From Minisyncoccota bacterium (GTDB lineage Bacteria; Patescibacteriota; Minisyncoccia; Phycocordibacterales; UBA5272): a stretch of 45,152 nucleotides of DNA. The notes beneath the pieces were generated by a model. It searched no databases, had not been told where the DNA came from, and saw only the letters and a list, made by a program, of their open reading frames with translations. Below, piece after piece: positions 36,926 through 44,820 of the stretch. Numbering within the stretch: the first letter of the stretch is position 1; every line of letters starts with the position of its first letter. Position numbers and translations under genes: made by a program. The stretch spans positions 1 through 45,152 of the forward strand of contig JAYTBQ010000011.1 of assembly GCA_043736905.1 (NCBI GenBank), read 5' to 3'.

Positions 36926-37618
36926 CTACACACCATCAACAATAACAACAAACTCACCACGAAGATGATCTTTATGTACTTCAAAATATACTTTTACCTC
37001 ATGGGCGCTCCCACGTACAACCTCTTCATGAATCTTGGTAAGTTCACGTACGATAACAACAGTTCTCTCTGGTTCAAGAATCTCCGAAAGGGAGAGTAAC
37101 GTTTTTTCGATTCGATGAACAGATTCATAGAACACTGAAGTGACATTGCTTGTTTGTATTGTTTTAAAAATAGTTTCTCTCCCCTTCTTATGTGGTAAAA
37201 AACCATAAAATGAAAATGTTGCAGACGATATACCAGATGCCGATAAAGCGGTAGTAAGTGCTGATGCCCCAGGGAGCGCAATCACTCGCACATCTGGAAG
37301 TTCTTTGTAAATTTTCTGAACAAGAAGAACTCCAGGGTCTGAGATTGTTGGTGTTCCTGCATCAGAGACAAGGGCGAGTGACTTACCTTCTTCAAGAAGG
37401 CCCATTATTTTTTCAATATTCTTGATACCAGTGTTGGCATAAAAAACAGTCGTTGACGTAGTAATATCATATTCTTTAAATAATCGTTGAGTAACAGAAG
37501 TATTTTCACACAAGACAACATTCACTTCTTTCAAAATACGAATAGCTCGAAGGGTTATGTCTTCAAGATTACCAATTGGTGTTGGCACAATATAGAGAAT
37601 CCCTTGTGATTCATTCAT
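36926..37618 (-). CDS. rsmI: 16S rRNA (cytidine1402-2'-O)-methyltransferase
   Basis: ILYIVPTPIGNLEDITLRAIRILKEVNVVLCE, VSDAGTPTISDPG. ATG 37618 (MNESQG) is preferred over 37654. Confidence 0.88.
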   Translation of the reverse strand: MNESQGILYIVPTPIGNLEDITLRAIRILKEVNVVLCENTSVTQRLFKEYDITTSTTVFYANTGIKNIEKIMGLLEEGKSLALVSDAGTPTISDPGVLLVQKIYKELPDVRVIALPGASALTTALSASGISSATFSFYGFLPHKKGRETIFKTIQTSNVTSVFYESVHRIEKTLLSLSEILEPERTVVIVRELTKIHEEVVRGSAHEVKVYFEVHKDHLRGEFVVIVDGV

Positions 37619-37643
37619 ATGAATGATACTAACAGATACAAAG

Positions 37644-37675
37644 GAGAAAAACAAAAGCCGCGCTGCGCGCGGCTC
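37644..37675 (-). terminator. intrinsic terminator downstream of the hypothetical gene 37695-38045
   Basis: GC-rich stem AGCCGCGC (37656-37663) / GCGCGGCT (37667-37674). On the minus strand it is followed by TTTTGTTTTTCTC. Confidence 0.7.
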
Positions 37676-37694
37676 GTATAGAGAATTTCAGAAA

Positions 37695-38045
37695 TCATGC
37701 AAGAACACAGTTCTGCTCATTCTTCAAAATTATCTCTTTCAAATCTGGAGGAAGAAGCTCACCCCCAAACATGATTTCATCAAATGAAATCCGTTGACGT
37801 CTCTCAAGGAGTTCCCTTGTCGGAACGGTGTGCACCTCAATTAAATCAATAGGTTCCAACTGATTTGAAGTATTACGAATCAGGTGAGTTATTGCCCCAT
37901 CTAAATACCGAAGTAAATATTCACTTTTTTTACTATCAAACAATACTTCAGCAAGGGAAGCTACTCCAGTCCCCCCTCTTTTCTGGCAATAAACCAGCAC
38001 TTTTCTTCGACACGCCTCTGTCAACATTCCTACTTTGAAACTCAT
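37695..38045 (-). CDS. hypothetical protein (116 aa)
   Basis: ATG 38045 is preceded by GAGGAG 9 nt upstream, one of only two SD-like motifs seen in the window. The ORF is open up to 38159, which would overlap murB by 13 nt. No family recognised. Confidence 0.5.
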   Translation of the reverse strand: MSFKVGMLTEACRRKVLVYCQKRGGTGVASLAEVLFDSKKSEYLLRYLDGAITHLIRNTSNQLEPIDLIEVHTVPTRELLERRQRISFDEIMFGGELLPPDLKEIILKNEQNCVLA

Positions 38046-38146
38046 AATAAAGAACTCCTCTTTTTCTATTTTGAAAATAAAATGCATGGCTGAAACACCA
38101 TGCGATAACACCATAATAACACAAAATACCATTTTACGCAAACGGT

Positions 38147-39148
38147 CTACGGTACACATTTAACCTCTTGTTCGAGTACTATACCCGTCGTATCTTTAAC
38201 AGAAGTAATTATTTTTTGAGAAAAAATAATTACTTCTGATGCATCTGCCTCGCCATAATTAACAATAACAAGGGGTTGATTTGGCCATGTGCCAATATTA
38301 CCTGTTCTTACCCCTTTCATATGTGCCACGTGCTCTATAAACCACGCAGCAGGAATTTTATACCCCTCACTCACCTCAATAAGTGGTAATTCCGGATAGA
38401 TACAACGTAGGGCTTCGCCTTGTGCTTTAGTCACCACCGGATTCTTAAAAAATGACCCAGCATTTGGATATTCTCTATAATCAGGAAGCTTTGCCTTTCG
38501 TGTTGCTACAACAAGACTCCTAACATCATGTGGTGTTATATCACCCTTACCAACAAGAGTATCTAGTGGTTTGTAGGTAAGTACTGGTGCCGGCAAATGA
38601 AAAAGCTTAAGTGTCACTGAAATGATTATGTACTTTCCATATTCTAGTTTAAACAATGAATTCCTATATCCAAAGTTACAAGCAGAAGCATCTATCTCTA
38701 CAACGTTAAGAGTATCTCTATCAAGAGCAGACAATGATACGAGTACATCTTTAAGCTCAACTCCATACGCTCCTATGTTCTGCACAGGTGCTGCACCAAC
38801 GGTTCCTGGAATTGCTGAGAGATTTTCTATTCCCCATAATTTCTTATCACATGCAAAGAGCACGATATCATCCCATGATTCCCCGGAGGATGCAGTAATA
38901 TAACAGTACTCATCCTTATCTTCAAACGACACGCCTTTCAGATAAAGCTTAACGACCAATACGTCAACAAGGTCACTGCCAAAAAAAGTATTCGTCCCCT
39001 CTCCGAGAATGTGAATGCGCTTACTGTGCGCCTTTGCATACATAACAGCTTCAACAAGTTCAATTGCAGTTGTAACAATTACCATGTCACCATTACCTCC
39101 GACACGAAGTGATGAGTAGTTTTTAAGAGAGACATTTCTGATTTCCAT
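38147..39148 (-). CDS. murB: UDP-N-acetylenolpyruvoylglucosamine reductase
   Basis: 333 aa. LKNYSSLRVGGNGD, LGEGTNTFF, AIPGTVGAAPVQNIGAYGVE, AGSFFKNP. Confidence 0.9.
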   Translation of the reverse strand: MEIRNVSLKNYSSLRVGGNGDMVIVTTAIELVEAVMYAKAHSKRIHILGEGTNTFFGSDLVDVLVVKLYLKGVSFEDKDEYCYITASSGESWDDIVLFACDKKLWGIENLSAIPGTVGAAPVQNIGAYGVELKDVLVSLSALDRDTLNVVEIDASACNFGYRNSLFKLEYGKYIIISVTLKLFHLPAPVLTYKPLDTLVGKGDITPHDVRSLVVATRKAKLPDYREYPNAGSFFKNPVVTKAQGEALRCIYPELPLIEVSEGYKIPAAWFIEHVAHMKGVRTGNIGTWPNQPLVIVNYGEADASEVIIFSQKIITSVKDTTGIVLEQEVKCVP

Positions 39149-39159
39149 ACTCTAAGAAT

Positions 39160-39200
39160 ACCAAAACAAAACCACTTCGTATATGAAGTGGTTTTGTTGT
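39160..39200 (-). terminator. intrinsic terminator (14-bp perfect stem) between the 2-hydroxyacid dehydrogenase gene and murB
   Basis: AACAAAACCACTTC (39165-39178) pairs with GAAGTGGTTTTGTT (39185-39198), loop GTATAT. The minus-strand 3' arm runs into TTTTGGTATTC. Confidence 0.7.
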
Positions 39201-39210
39201 ACCCTCTAGC

Positions 39211-40200
39211 TTATTTTATAATAGAGGTGACAGCGTTTCCTGTTTCAAAAAAACTAATGATGTTCTGTGCAACAATTTCAGACATTTTTACTCTGACACT
39301 CTCACGAGCTGAAGCAATATGAGGAGTAAGAACTACACCTTCAGAGTTCATCAAACCTTTGGAAAGAATTGGCTCAAATTCAAAGACATCTAGACCTACT
39401 CCACGGACTTTTTTTGAGGCAAGACCCCGCACTAGAGCATGTTCATCAATAACTGGACCGCGTGCAGTATTAATAATAATCACCCCATCTTTCATCATTG
39501 CAATTGTTTCATCGTTAATAAGGTGGGTTGTTGACGCTAGAAGAGGAACATGAAGCGAAATAATATCAGCGGTAGAAAAAAGTTCTTCATTAGGAACGAA
39601 AACTGTCCCACATTCCGCATCAAGCATTTCATTTGCTTTGAGGTCTGTATATACAATATTACAGCCAAACCCCTTTACAAGAATTCTTGCTGTCTGCACA
39701 CCGATATCACCAAGTCCAATTAAACCAATTTTTTTACCTGAAAGATCTGTCCCAATGAGAAGTTCAGGCTGCCATCCTGAGTATTTACCTGACCGCATGT
39801 AAGCATCCCCTTCTGCAATTCTTGCAGTGACAGCAAGCATGAGCGCTACGGTATGTTCTGCCACCGCTTTACCAGCACATCCTGGTGTATTCGTCACCAC
39901 CACTCCATTGCTCTTTGCATCTTCTATATTGATATTATTAAAACCAACAGCATAATTAGCGAAAATTTTTGCAGTCGGGCAGACATTAAATAAAGAAGCA
40001 TCGACAGTATCTGTAAGAAAGGTAACAACAGCATCATATGGGACTGAAGCAATTGCACTCACAACACTTTCATGTGTTGGGGTATCTCCAGGTGGACCCA
40101 TAGTAATAGTGTATCCTTTTTCGCGAAGCATGGTCACACCAGATTCATGAATAGGTCGTGTCATGTAAATATTTTTTGTCATAGTGTTATAAGTATACAT
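39211..40200 (-). CDS. D-isomer-specific 2-hydroxyacid dehydrogenase (glyoxylate/hydroxypyruvate reductase or D-glycerate dehydrogenase-like)
   Basis: GKKIGLIGLGDIGVQTARIL, LHVPL, INTARGPVIDEHAL, GLDVFEFEP, TPHIASA. The start is uncertain (40200, 40182 or 40164). 40200 gives the TAATG overlap seen elsewhere in the window. Confidence 0.85.
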   Translation of the reverse strand: MYTYNTMTKNIYMTRPIHESGVTMLREKGYTITMGPPGDTPTHESVVSAIASVPYDAVVTFLTDTVDASLFNVCPTAKIFANYAVGFNNINIEDAKSNGVVVTNTPGCAGKAVAEHTVALMLAVTARIAEGDAYMRSGKYSGWQPELLIGTDLSGKKIGLIGLGDIGVQTARILVKGFGCNIVYTDLKANEMLDAECGTVFVPNEELFSTADIISLHVPLLASTTHLINDETIAMMKDGVIIINTARGPVIDEHALVRGLASKKVRGVGLDVFEFEPILSKGLMNSEGVVLTPHIASARESVRVKMSEIVAQNIISFFETGNAVTSIIK

Positions 40201-40991
40201 TAGAGTAAGTGGTGTGGCGATTGTTTTTCATCCTCAGCAAACAGTAAAATTTTTTTCATCATCGTCACTGTCTCTACGGGGTGCTTACCCCGCGCAGTCT
40301 CTTCCGAAAGCATGACGGCATTCGCGCCGAGCACTACCGCAGCAGCAACATCAGTAACTTCAGCACGTGTTGGAGTAAGTGCTTCTGTCATTGATAACAT
40401 CATCTCCGTTGCAACAATGACAAACTTTCCTTTTCTATTACAAAGCTCGATAATATCTTTCTCAATTGCGGGGAGCTCCTCAATCGGCACAGCAAGTCCG
40501 AGGTCGCCTCGAGCAATCATAATACCATCTGCTGCGTCACAGATTGCCTCCATGTTATCAAGTGCTTCTTGCCTCTCAATTTTTGCAATAACAGGTGTCA
40601 CGAATCCTTGTTCTACCATTAATTGACGAAGTGAATGAATATCATCTGCACTTGAAACATATGATAATGCAACATACTCAACGCCGTTGTTTAAACCAAA
40701 AGAAAGGTCGTGTTTATCTTTCTCAGTAATCACTCCCTCTATCTCGTCATTTATCTTATGTCCATGTTCCATAACAAGTCGAGGACCTGACAGATCCTGA
40801 AGGATTGGAATAGTTATTCCTTTTTCGTCCGCAATTTCTCTTACATAGGTAATGAGCTCAAGCATATTCTCATGAGTCCCCCATGAGAAATTAAGTCGAA
40901 TGATATCAACTCCTGCGTCAATAATTCCAGAAAGTATTTCTTTTGTACTCGTTGCTGGCCCGACCGTTGCTATGATTTTTGTTGTTTTCAT
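40200..40991 (-). CDS. pyruvate kinase-family protein reduced to the A (TIM-barrel) domain, with no B lid and no C domain
   Basis: 263 aa. KIIATVGPAT, RLNFSWG, LQDLSGPRL followed after only ~14 aa by ITEKD, IAKIERQEAL, IMIARGDLGLAVP, ATEMMLSM, PTRAEVTDVA, MLSEETA. Confidence 0.8.
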   Translation of the reverse strand: MKTTKIIATVGPATSTKEILSGIIDAGVDIIRLNFSWGTHENMLELITYVREIADEKGITIPILQDLSGPRLVMEHGHKINDEIEGVITEKDKHDLSFGLNNGVEYVALSYVSSADDIHSLRQLMVEQGFVTPVIAKIERQEALDNMEAICDAADGIMIARGDLGLAVPIEELPAIEKDIIELCNRKGKFVIVATEMMLSMTEALTPTRAEVTDVAAAVVLGANAVMLSEETARGKHPVETVTMMKKILLFAEDEKQSPHHLL

Positions 40992-40994
40992 ACT

Positions 40995-42230
40995 CTATTG
41001 TGTGACGCTTTTTTCAATTGCGAGAAGTCTATCATACTTCACCTCGCGTTCTTTTGGTCCTCGTGCGCCTGCCTTAATACCAAATGCCGCAGAAGCGTAG
41101 GCTAGATCTGCAATAAAATTATCAAGCGTCTCTCCGCTTCTATGACTTACAACACACTTAATACCATGCTCACGGGCACACACCATCGTTTCTATTGTCT
41201 CAGTGAGTGTTCCTATTTGGTTAGGTTTTATTATCAAAGCATCAATACTCTTTTCTTCTATTGCTTTAAGTAGGCGGTCTTTACTTGTTGTCGTTAGATC
41301 ATCACCCACTCGTAACGTATCCCCCACGCGTGAAGGAAGAGCAGTGAACGAAGCAAAATCTTCTTCATCAAATGGATCTTCTATTGAAAGTAGCTTGTAT
41401 GTAGACGCAAGATTTTCATACAGAGCATTCATTGTATAGACATCACACGGTAATCCATTAACAACGTACTCGCCCTTGTCAGCACTAAAGAATGATGAGG
41501 CAGCAACATCAAGTGCAAAATCAATTTGATCGCGAATACCAATCTTTGTCGTGATTTCTTCCAAGAGGGCAAGTGGTTCCTCAACATCAACAAGAGGGAG
41601 AGCATACCCACCTTCATCTCCGGTTTTTATTTCTCCAAACCGTTTAGCAATTGTCTCATGTAAAACATCTTGTATCTGTGTCGCAAAAGCGAGGGCGTCT
41701 TTCATAACTGTTGTCTTAGGAACAATGTGATACTCCTGAAAGGCAAGCTTCGTTGCTGCGTGTTTACCACCATTGATAACGTTGAGATATAAACGTGGAA
41801 ATGCTGGTTGTGTCTCATTAAAATAGTTATCATGTAAATACTGCCACACCTCCTTACCATTTGCTTTTGCCGCAGCTTTTGCAAGTGCGATACTTACTCC
41901 GATGAGTGTGTTTCCACCCAACCTCTTTTTATTTGGAGTACCGTCTAGATTTCTAAGAAAGTCATCAATCTCTTTTTGTGCAAAAATATCTTTTCCCAGA
42001 AGTGCTGGGGCAATTTCTTCATGCAGGCATGATAGAGCAAATGAAACATTACCTCTTCCTGATTCATCGTCACGAAGCTCAAATGCCTCATGAATACCAG
42101 TACTTGCCCCCGAAGGAACAGAAAAAGTTCCCGTACTCCCATCACTTCCTAGGACAGTAATACTAAGTGTTGGTGTGCCTCGTGAATCTTTAATAATCTC
42201 CCCTGTTACTGATGCTATTGTTACAGACAT
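40995..42230 (-). CDS. eno: enolase (phosphopyruvate hydratase)
   Basis: 411 aa. DSRGTPT, SGASTGIHEAFELRD, NVINGGKHA, IEDPFDEEDF, VGDDLTTT, IKPNQIGTLTET, SHRSGET. Confidence 0.93.
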   Translation of the reverse strand: MSVTIASVTGEIIKDSRGTPTLSITVLGSDGSTGTFSVPSGASTGIHEAFELRDDESGRGNVSFALSCLHEEIAPALLGKDIFAQKEIDDFLRNLDGTPNKKRLGGNTLIGVSIALAKAAAKANGKEVWQYLHDNYFNETQPAFPRLYLNVINGGKHAATKLAFQEYHIVPKTTVMKDALAFATQIQDVLHETIAKRFGEIKTGDEGGYALPLVDVEEPLALLEEITTKIGIRDQIDFALDVAASSFFSADKGEYVVNGLPCDVYTMNALYENLASTYKLLSIEDPFDEEDFASFTALPSRVGDTLRVGDDLTTTSKDRLLKAIEEKSIDALIIKPNQIGTLTETIETMVCAREHGIKCVVSHRSGETLDNFIADLAYASAAFGIKAGARGPKEREVKYDRLLAIEKSVTQ

Positions 42231-42244
42231 ACGATGTATAAATA

Positions 42245-43513
42245 TTACCCTTGTAAATAAATGATGCAGTCAGACACATTGCTTCCTGTTGGTCCGGTAA
42301 TGATCTGAATACCAAGATCTTTACACAGGTCATCATGCCTGCCCTGTTCTAAATACTCCTCTATGTTAATTCCTTTCTCTTTAGTGGTCGCTATGACTGA
42401 GGTATCAATAATTGCTCCTGCTGCATCTGATTTGTTATCGACACCATCGGTTGCAAAAGGAATACATACCTGATTTTCTTCGACAATTGAAAGGGCTTTC
42501 CCTGCAGCGTACTCATTTCTTCCACCATTGTCCCCACTGTGAGTTACCACAACGGACGGTTCACCTGCCACAATAACAACAGTCTTTGGAGTAAGCGCAT
42601 TTTTCATTTCCGTAATAACAATAGATGCCTCACGATATTCATCGGTACTTTGTACAACAACATGATATCCAAGTTCCTCTGCTTTTGTCTTCATCCCCTC
42701 GACCGCATGAAGATTAGACACTAGGGGAATATTCGTAATTTTTTCAAAGTACATATCTTCCTTTGGTGTCTCATTAAAAGTAAACGTATCCTCAATGTTA
42801 TATTTTTTCAAAATTGCCTTTGCATCTTCAATTGTTGTTGCATCTTTATATGTTGGACCTGATGCAACTTTGTCATATGCATCCCCTGGTACGTCGGAGA
42901 AAATAAGAGCTGCGACTGTTGCCGGATAGAGAAGCTTGGCAAGTCCTCCCCCTTTTATTGAAGAAATGTGCTTTCGAAGTGTGTTTAATTCTGATATCGT
43001 TCCTCCTGTTGCAAGAAATGATTCGTAGAGAACATTACCCTGATCACATTCAGACATTGGCCAGCACAGAAGTGATGACCCACCACCTGAGACAACAACA
43101 AGCACAAGGTCTTTCTCTGTTGCCTTAATTGCAAGATCAGCAACCTTTCCAGACAGGTCAACATTAAGCGCTGTTGGAAGCGGGTGCGTCCCTTGGTACA
43201 CTTTCACTGTCTGACAAACGCCAGGGCTCTTGTCAATAACTACACCTTCCGACACTTTATCAGTAAGCACATCCTCAAGGGCAGATGATGCTGTGTATGA
43301 CGTTTTTCCAAAACCGATAATATAAATATGCTCGAAGTGAGCAACCTCATATGATTGTAAACCAACATGAAAAATACCATTATCAAGGTAACAATGTTTA
43401 TGAACAACTGCTTTAGTATCAATTGCTTCATAAGCAGCTTCCACAATAGTGAGAGCATCTTTTCTAAGTGGTGTCGTTGCTAGTGTTTCAAAGTTAGAAA
43501 TATAGGTGCTCAT
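42245..43513 (-). CDS. glycerate kinase, MOFRL family (DUF4147 + MOFRL; glycerate 2-kinase type)
   Basis: 422 aa. GFGKTS, VVSGGGSSLL, LRKHISSIKGGGLAKL, IFSDVPGD, ASGPT, GGRNEYA, ATDGVDN. Confidence 0.85.
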   Translation of the reverse strand: MSTYISNFETLATTPLRKDALTIVEAAYEAIDTKAVVHKHCYLDNGIFHVGLQSYEVAHFEHIYIIGFGKTSYTASSALEDVLTDKVSEGVVIDKSPGVCQTVKVYQGTHPLPTALNVDLSGKVADLAIKATEKDLVLVVVSGGGSSLLCWPMSECDQGNVLYESFLATGGTISELNTLRKHISSIKGGGLAKLLYPATVAALIFSDVPGDAYDKVASGPTYKDATTIEDAKAILKKYNIEDTFTFNETPKEDMYFEKITNIPLVSNLHAVEGMKTKAEELGYHVVVQSTDEYREASIVITEMKNALTPKTVVIVAGEPSVVVTHSGDNGGRNEYAAGKALSIVEENQVCIPFATDGVDNKSDAAGAIIDTSVIATTKEKGINIEEYLEQGRHDDLCKDLGIQIITGPTGSNVSDCIIYLQG

Positions 43514-43521
43514 TTTTTTCT

Positions 43522-43527
43522 AGTATA
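43522..43527 (-). promoter_or_regulatory. putative -10 box TATACT 8 nt upstream of ATG 43513
   Basis: The minus strand reads ggtgTATACTagaaaaaaATG. Confidence 0.3.
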
Positions 43528-43679
43528 CACCACGAACTATGAATTTTTTGAGATATGCACTTCACTACTACTTAAAAACAGAAAGCATGCTGTGTGGCAG
43601 AATTTTCTGAGCATAGTAGACTTAAATCAGGAACATAATCTGTGAGGAATGCTTTGAGTCCTCTGCCTCACGAGCTTGC

Positions 43680-43752
43680 GCCATCGAACCAAAATTCTAA
43701 CTTGGAACCGCTCGAGTATCATTCGAGTGCTCTACCAGCTAAACTTAACCAG
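43680..43752 (-). pseudogene. degenerate copy of tRNA-Ile(GAU) (pseudo-tRNA / partial direct repeat)
   Basis: 43685-43740 matches 44012-44067 at 52 of 56 positions. The T-loop is mutated (TTAGAAT vs TTCGAAT), the D-stem is mutated, and the acceptor arms cannot pair. Confidence 0.6.
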
Positions 43753-43993
43753 TATTATGCTTTTTATTAAAAAATCTTAAGAAGTATTTTAGAGATGTTG
43801 CAATAGCCGACGCAAAAGAAATCCACAGCACAAAATTAATTCCGACAAGCCAATAATTATAACTGTGATTACTTATAACATTTAAAGGGAATCCTGCACT
43901 TACAAGAATACACACTGAGGGACAATCTGTTGTTTCCATTGTTATAACTAGTGAAACAAGAAAAGCAACTAATCCAATTAAGATTACTAACAA
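43745..43993 (-). CDS. hypothetical small membrane protein (82 aa), doubtful
   Basis: Two hydrophobic helices, but the start is TTG and the first ATG is at 43939. It is wedged between the tRNA and its degenerate copy. Confidence 0.3.
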   Translation of the reverse strand: MLVILIGLVAFLVSLVITMETTDCPSVCILVSAGFPLNVISNHSYNYWLVGINFVLWISFASAIATSLKYFLRFFNKKHNTG

Positions 43994-44007
43994 TTTCTTT
44001 TTTATTG

Positions 44008-44080
44008 TGCGCGAACCAAGATTCGAACTTGGGACCGCTCGAGTATCAGTCGAGTGCTCTACCAGCTGAGCTATTCGCGC
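44008..44080 (-). tRNA. tRNA-Ile (anticodon GAU), CCA not encoded
   Basis: The minus strand reads GCGCGAA-TA-GCTC-AGCTGGTA-GAGC-A-CTCGA-CTGATAC-TCGAG-CGGTC-CCAAG-TTCGAAT-CTTGG-TTCGCGC-A. All four stems are perfectly paired, giving a 73-nt cloverleaf. Confidence 0.93.
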
Positions 44081-44144
44081 ATATATTTATTAGAGTAAAC
44101 ACAAGCAAACGTTCAACTATACTACCATATATACAGAAATTATT

Positions 44145-44175
44145 AAAGGCCAGCACGCGTTGCGTGCTGGCCTTT
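44145..44175 (-). terminator. GC-rich hairpin terminator (potentially bidirectional)
   Basis: AAAGGCCAGCACGC-GTT-GCGTGCTGGCCTTT, a 14-bp perfect stem. It lies 16 nt downstream of the stop of the 30-aa minus-strand ORF and upstream of tRNA-Ile. Confidence 0.6.
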
Positions 44176-44191
44176 CAGCAGTGTTGCCCTG

Positions 44192-44284
44192 CTAGTTTTT
44201 TGCCAATGCATAGCCAATGGCAATGAGAAGGACGATTCCAAGGTTGGTCAGATGATATACCAACCGATTTCGACTATTCTTCAT
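44192..44284 (-). CDS. possible 30-aa membrane peptide (MKNSRNRLVYHLTNLGIVLLIAIGYALAKN)
   Basis: Hand-translated ORF below the ORF-track cutoff. It has one hydrophobic helix and is followed by the strong hairpin at 44145-44175. Confidence 0.25.
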   Translation of the reverse strand: MKNSRNRLVYHLTNLGIVLLIAIGYALAKN

Positions 44285-44420
44285 ATTGCAACCACATTAT
44301 GTGGCAAAGTTAATCTAAATTTATGATAACATACTATATAAATGAGTCAATAATCTTGCGTTTTTTGTATAAAAAAGGTAGAACTAGCAAGGACAATGAA
44401 CCTTAATCAACAGGAGAAGA

Positions 44421-44780
44421 ATGATGGGAAACCAAGTTACCATATGGTTTATGGAAAGTAAAGACAGTCACACCAACGAAGTTATTGCTACTGCGCTTGA
44501 GGGTCTACACAGTGCGGAAAAATTCAAAACCATTGAATGCTCGGATGGGAAGAAGAGGAACCTGGCTGAGGTCCCTGACTATGCATTCGTTGCAAGATTG
44601 CAACGGTCCAAAAAGGACCTTGGCATATCCTTTGAAACTTTTCGCACACAAGGCCCTAGCCTGCCTACCCTTTGGACATTCTCTACAAAAAAGAGAACAA
44701 CTCTGGATGCGCTTAAAAAGAAAGGAGTGGTACATCCAGCATCGAAGAAATCCACAAGAAAGAGTGCTACTCGGTTTTGA
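44421..44780 (+). CDS. hypothetical basic protein (119 aa)
   Basis: AGGAGA lies 5 nt upstream of the ATG, and a strong terminator follows 6 nt after the stop. No family recognised. The overlapping alternative-frame ORFs run through the terminator and are rejected. Confidence 0.6.
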   Translation: MMGNQVTIWFMESKDSHTNEVIATALEGLHSAEKFKTIECSDGKKRNLAEVPDYAFVARLQRSKKDLGISFETFRTQGPSLPTLWTFSTKKRTTLDALKKKGVVHPASKKSTRKSATRF

Positions 44781-44786
44781 GGATGA

Positions 44787-44820
44787 GGGCGAGTCGCGTA
44801 AGCGACTCGCCCTTTCGTCT
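44787..44820 (+). terminator. intrinsic terminator of the 119-aa ORF
   Basis: GGGCGAGTCGC-GTAA-GCGACTCGCCC followed by TTTCGTCT. Confidence 0.75.
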
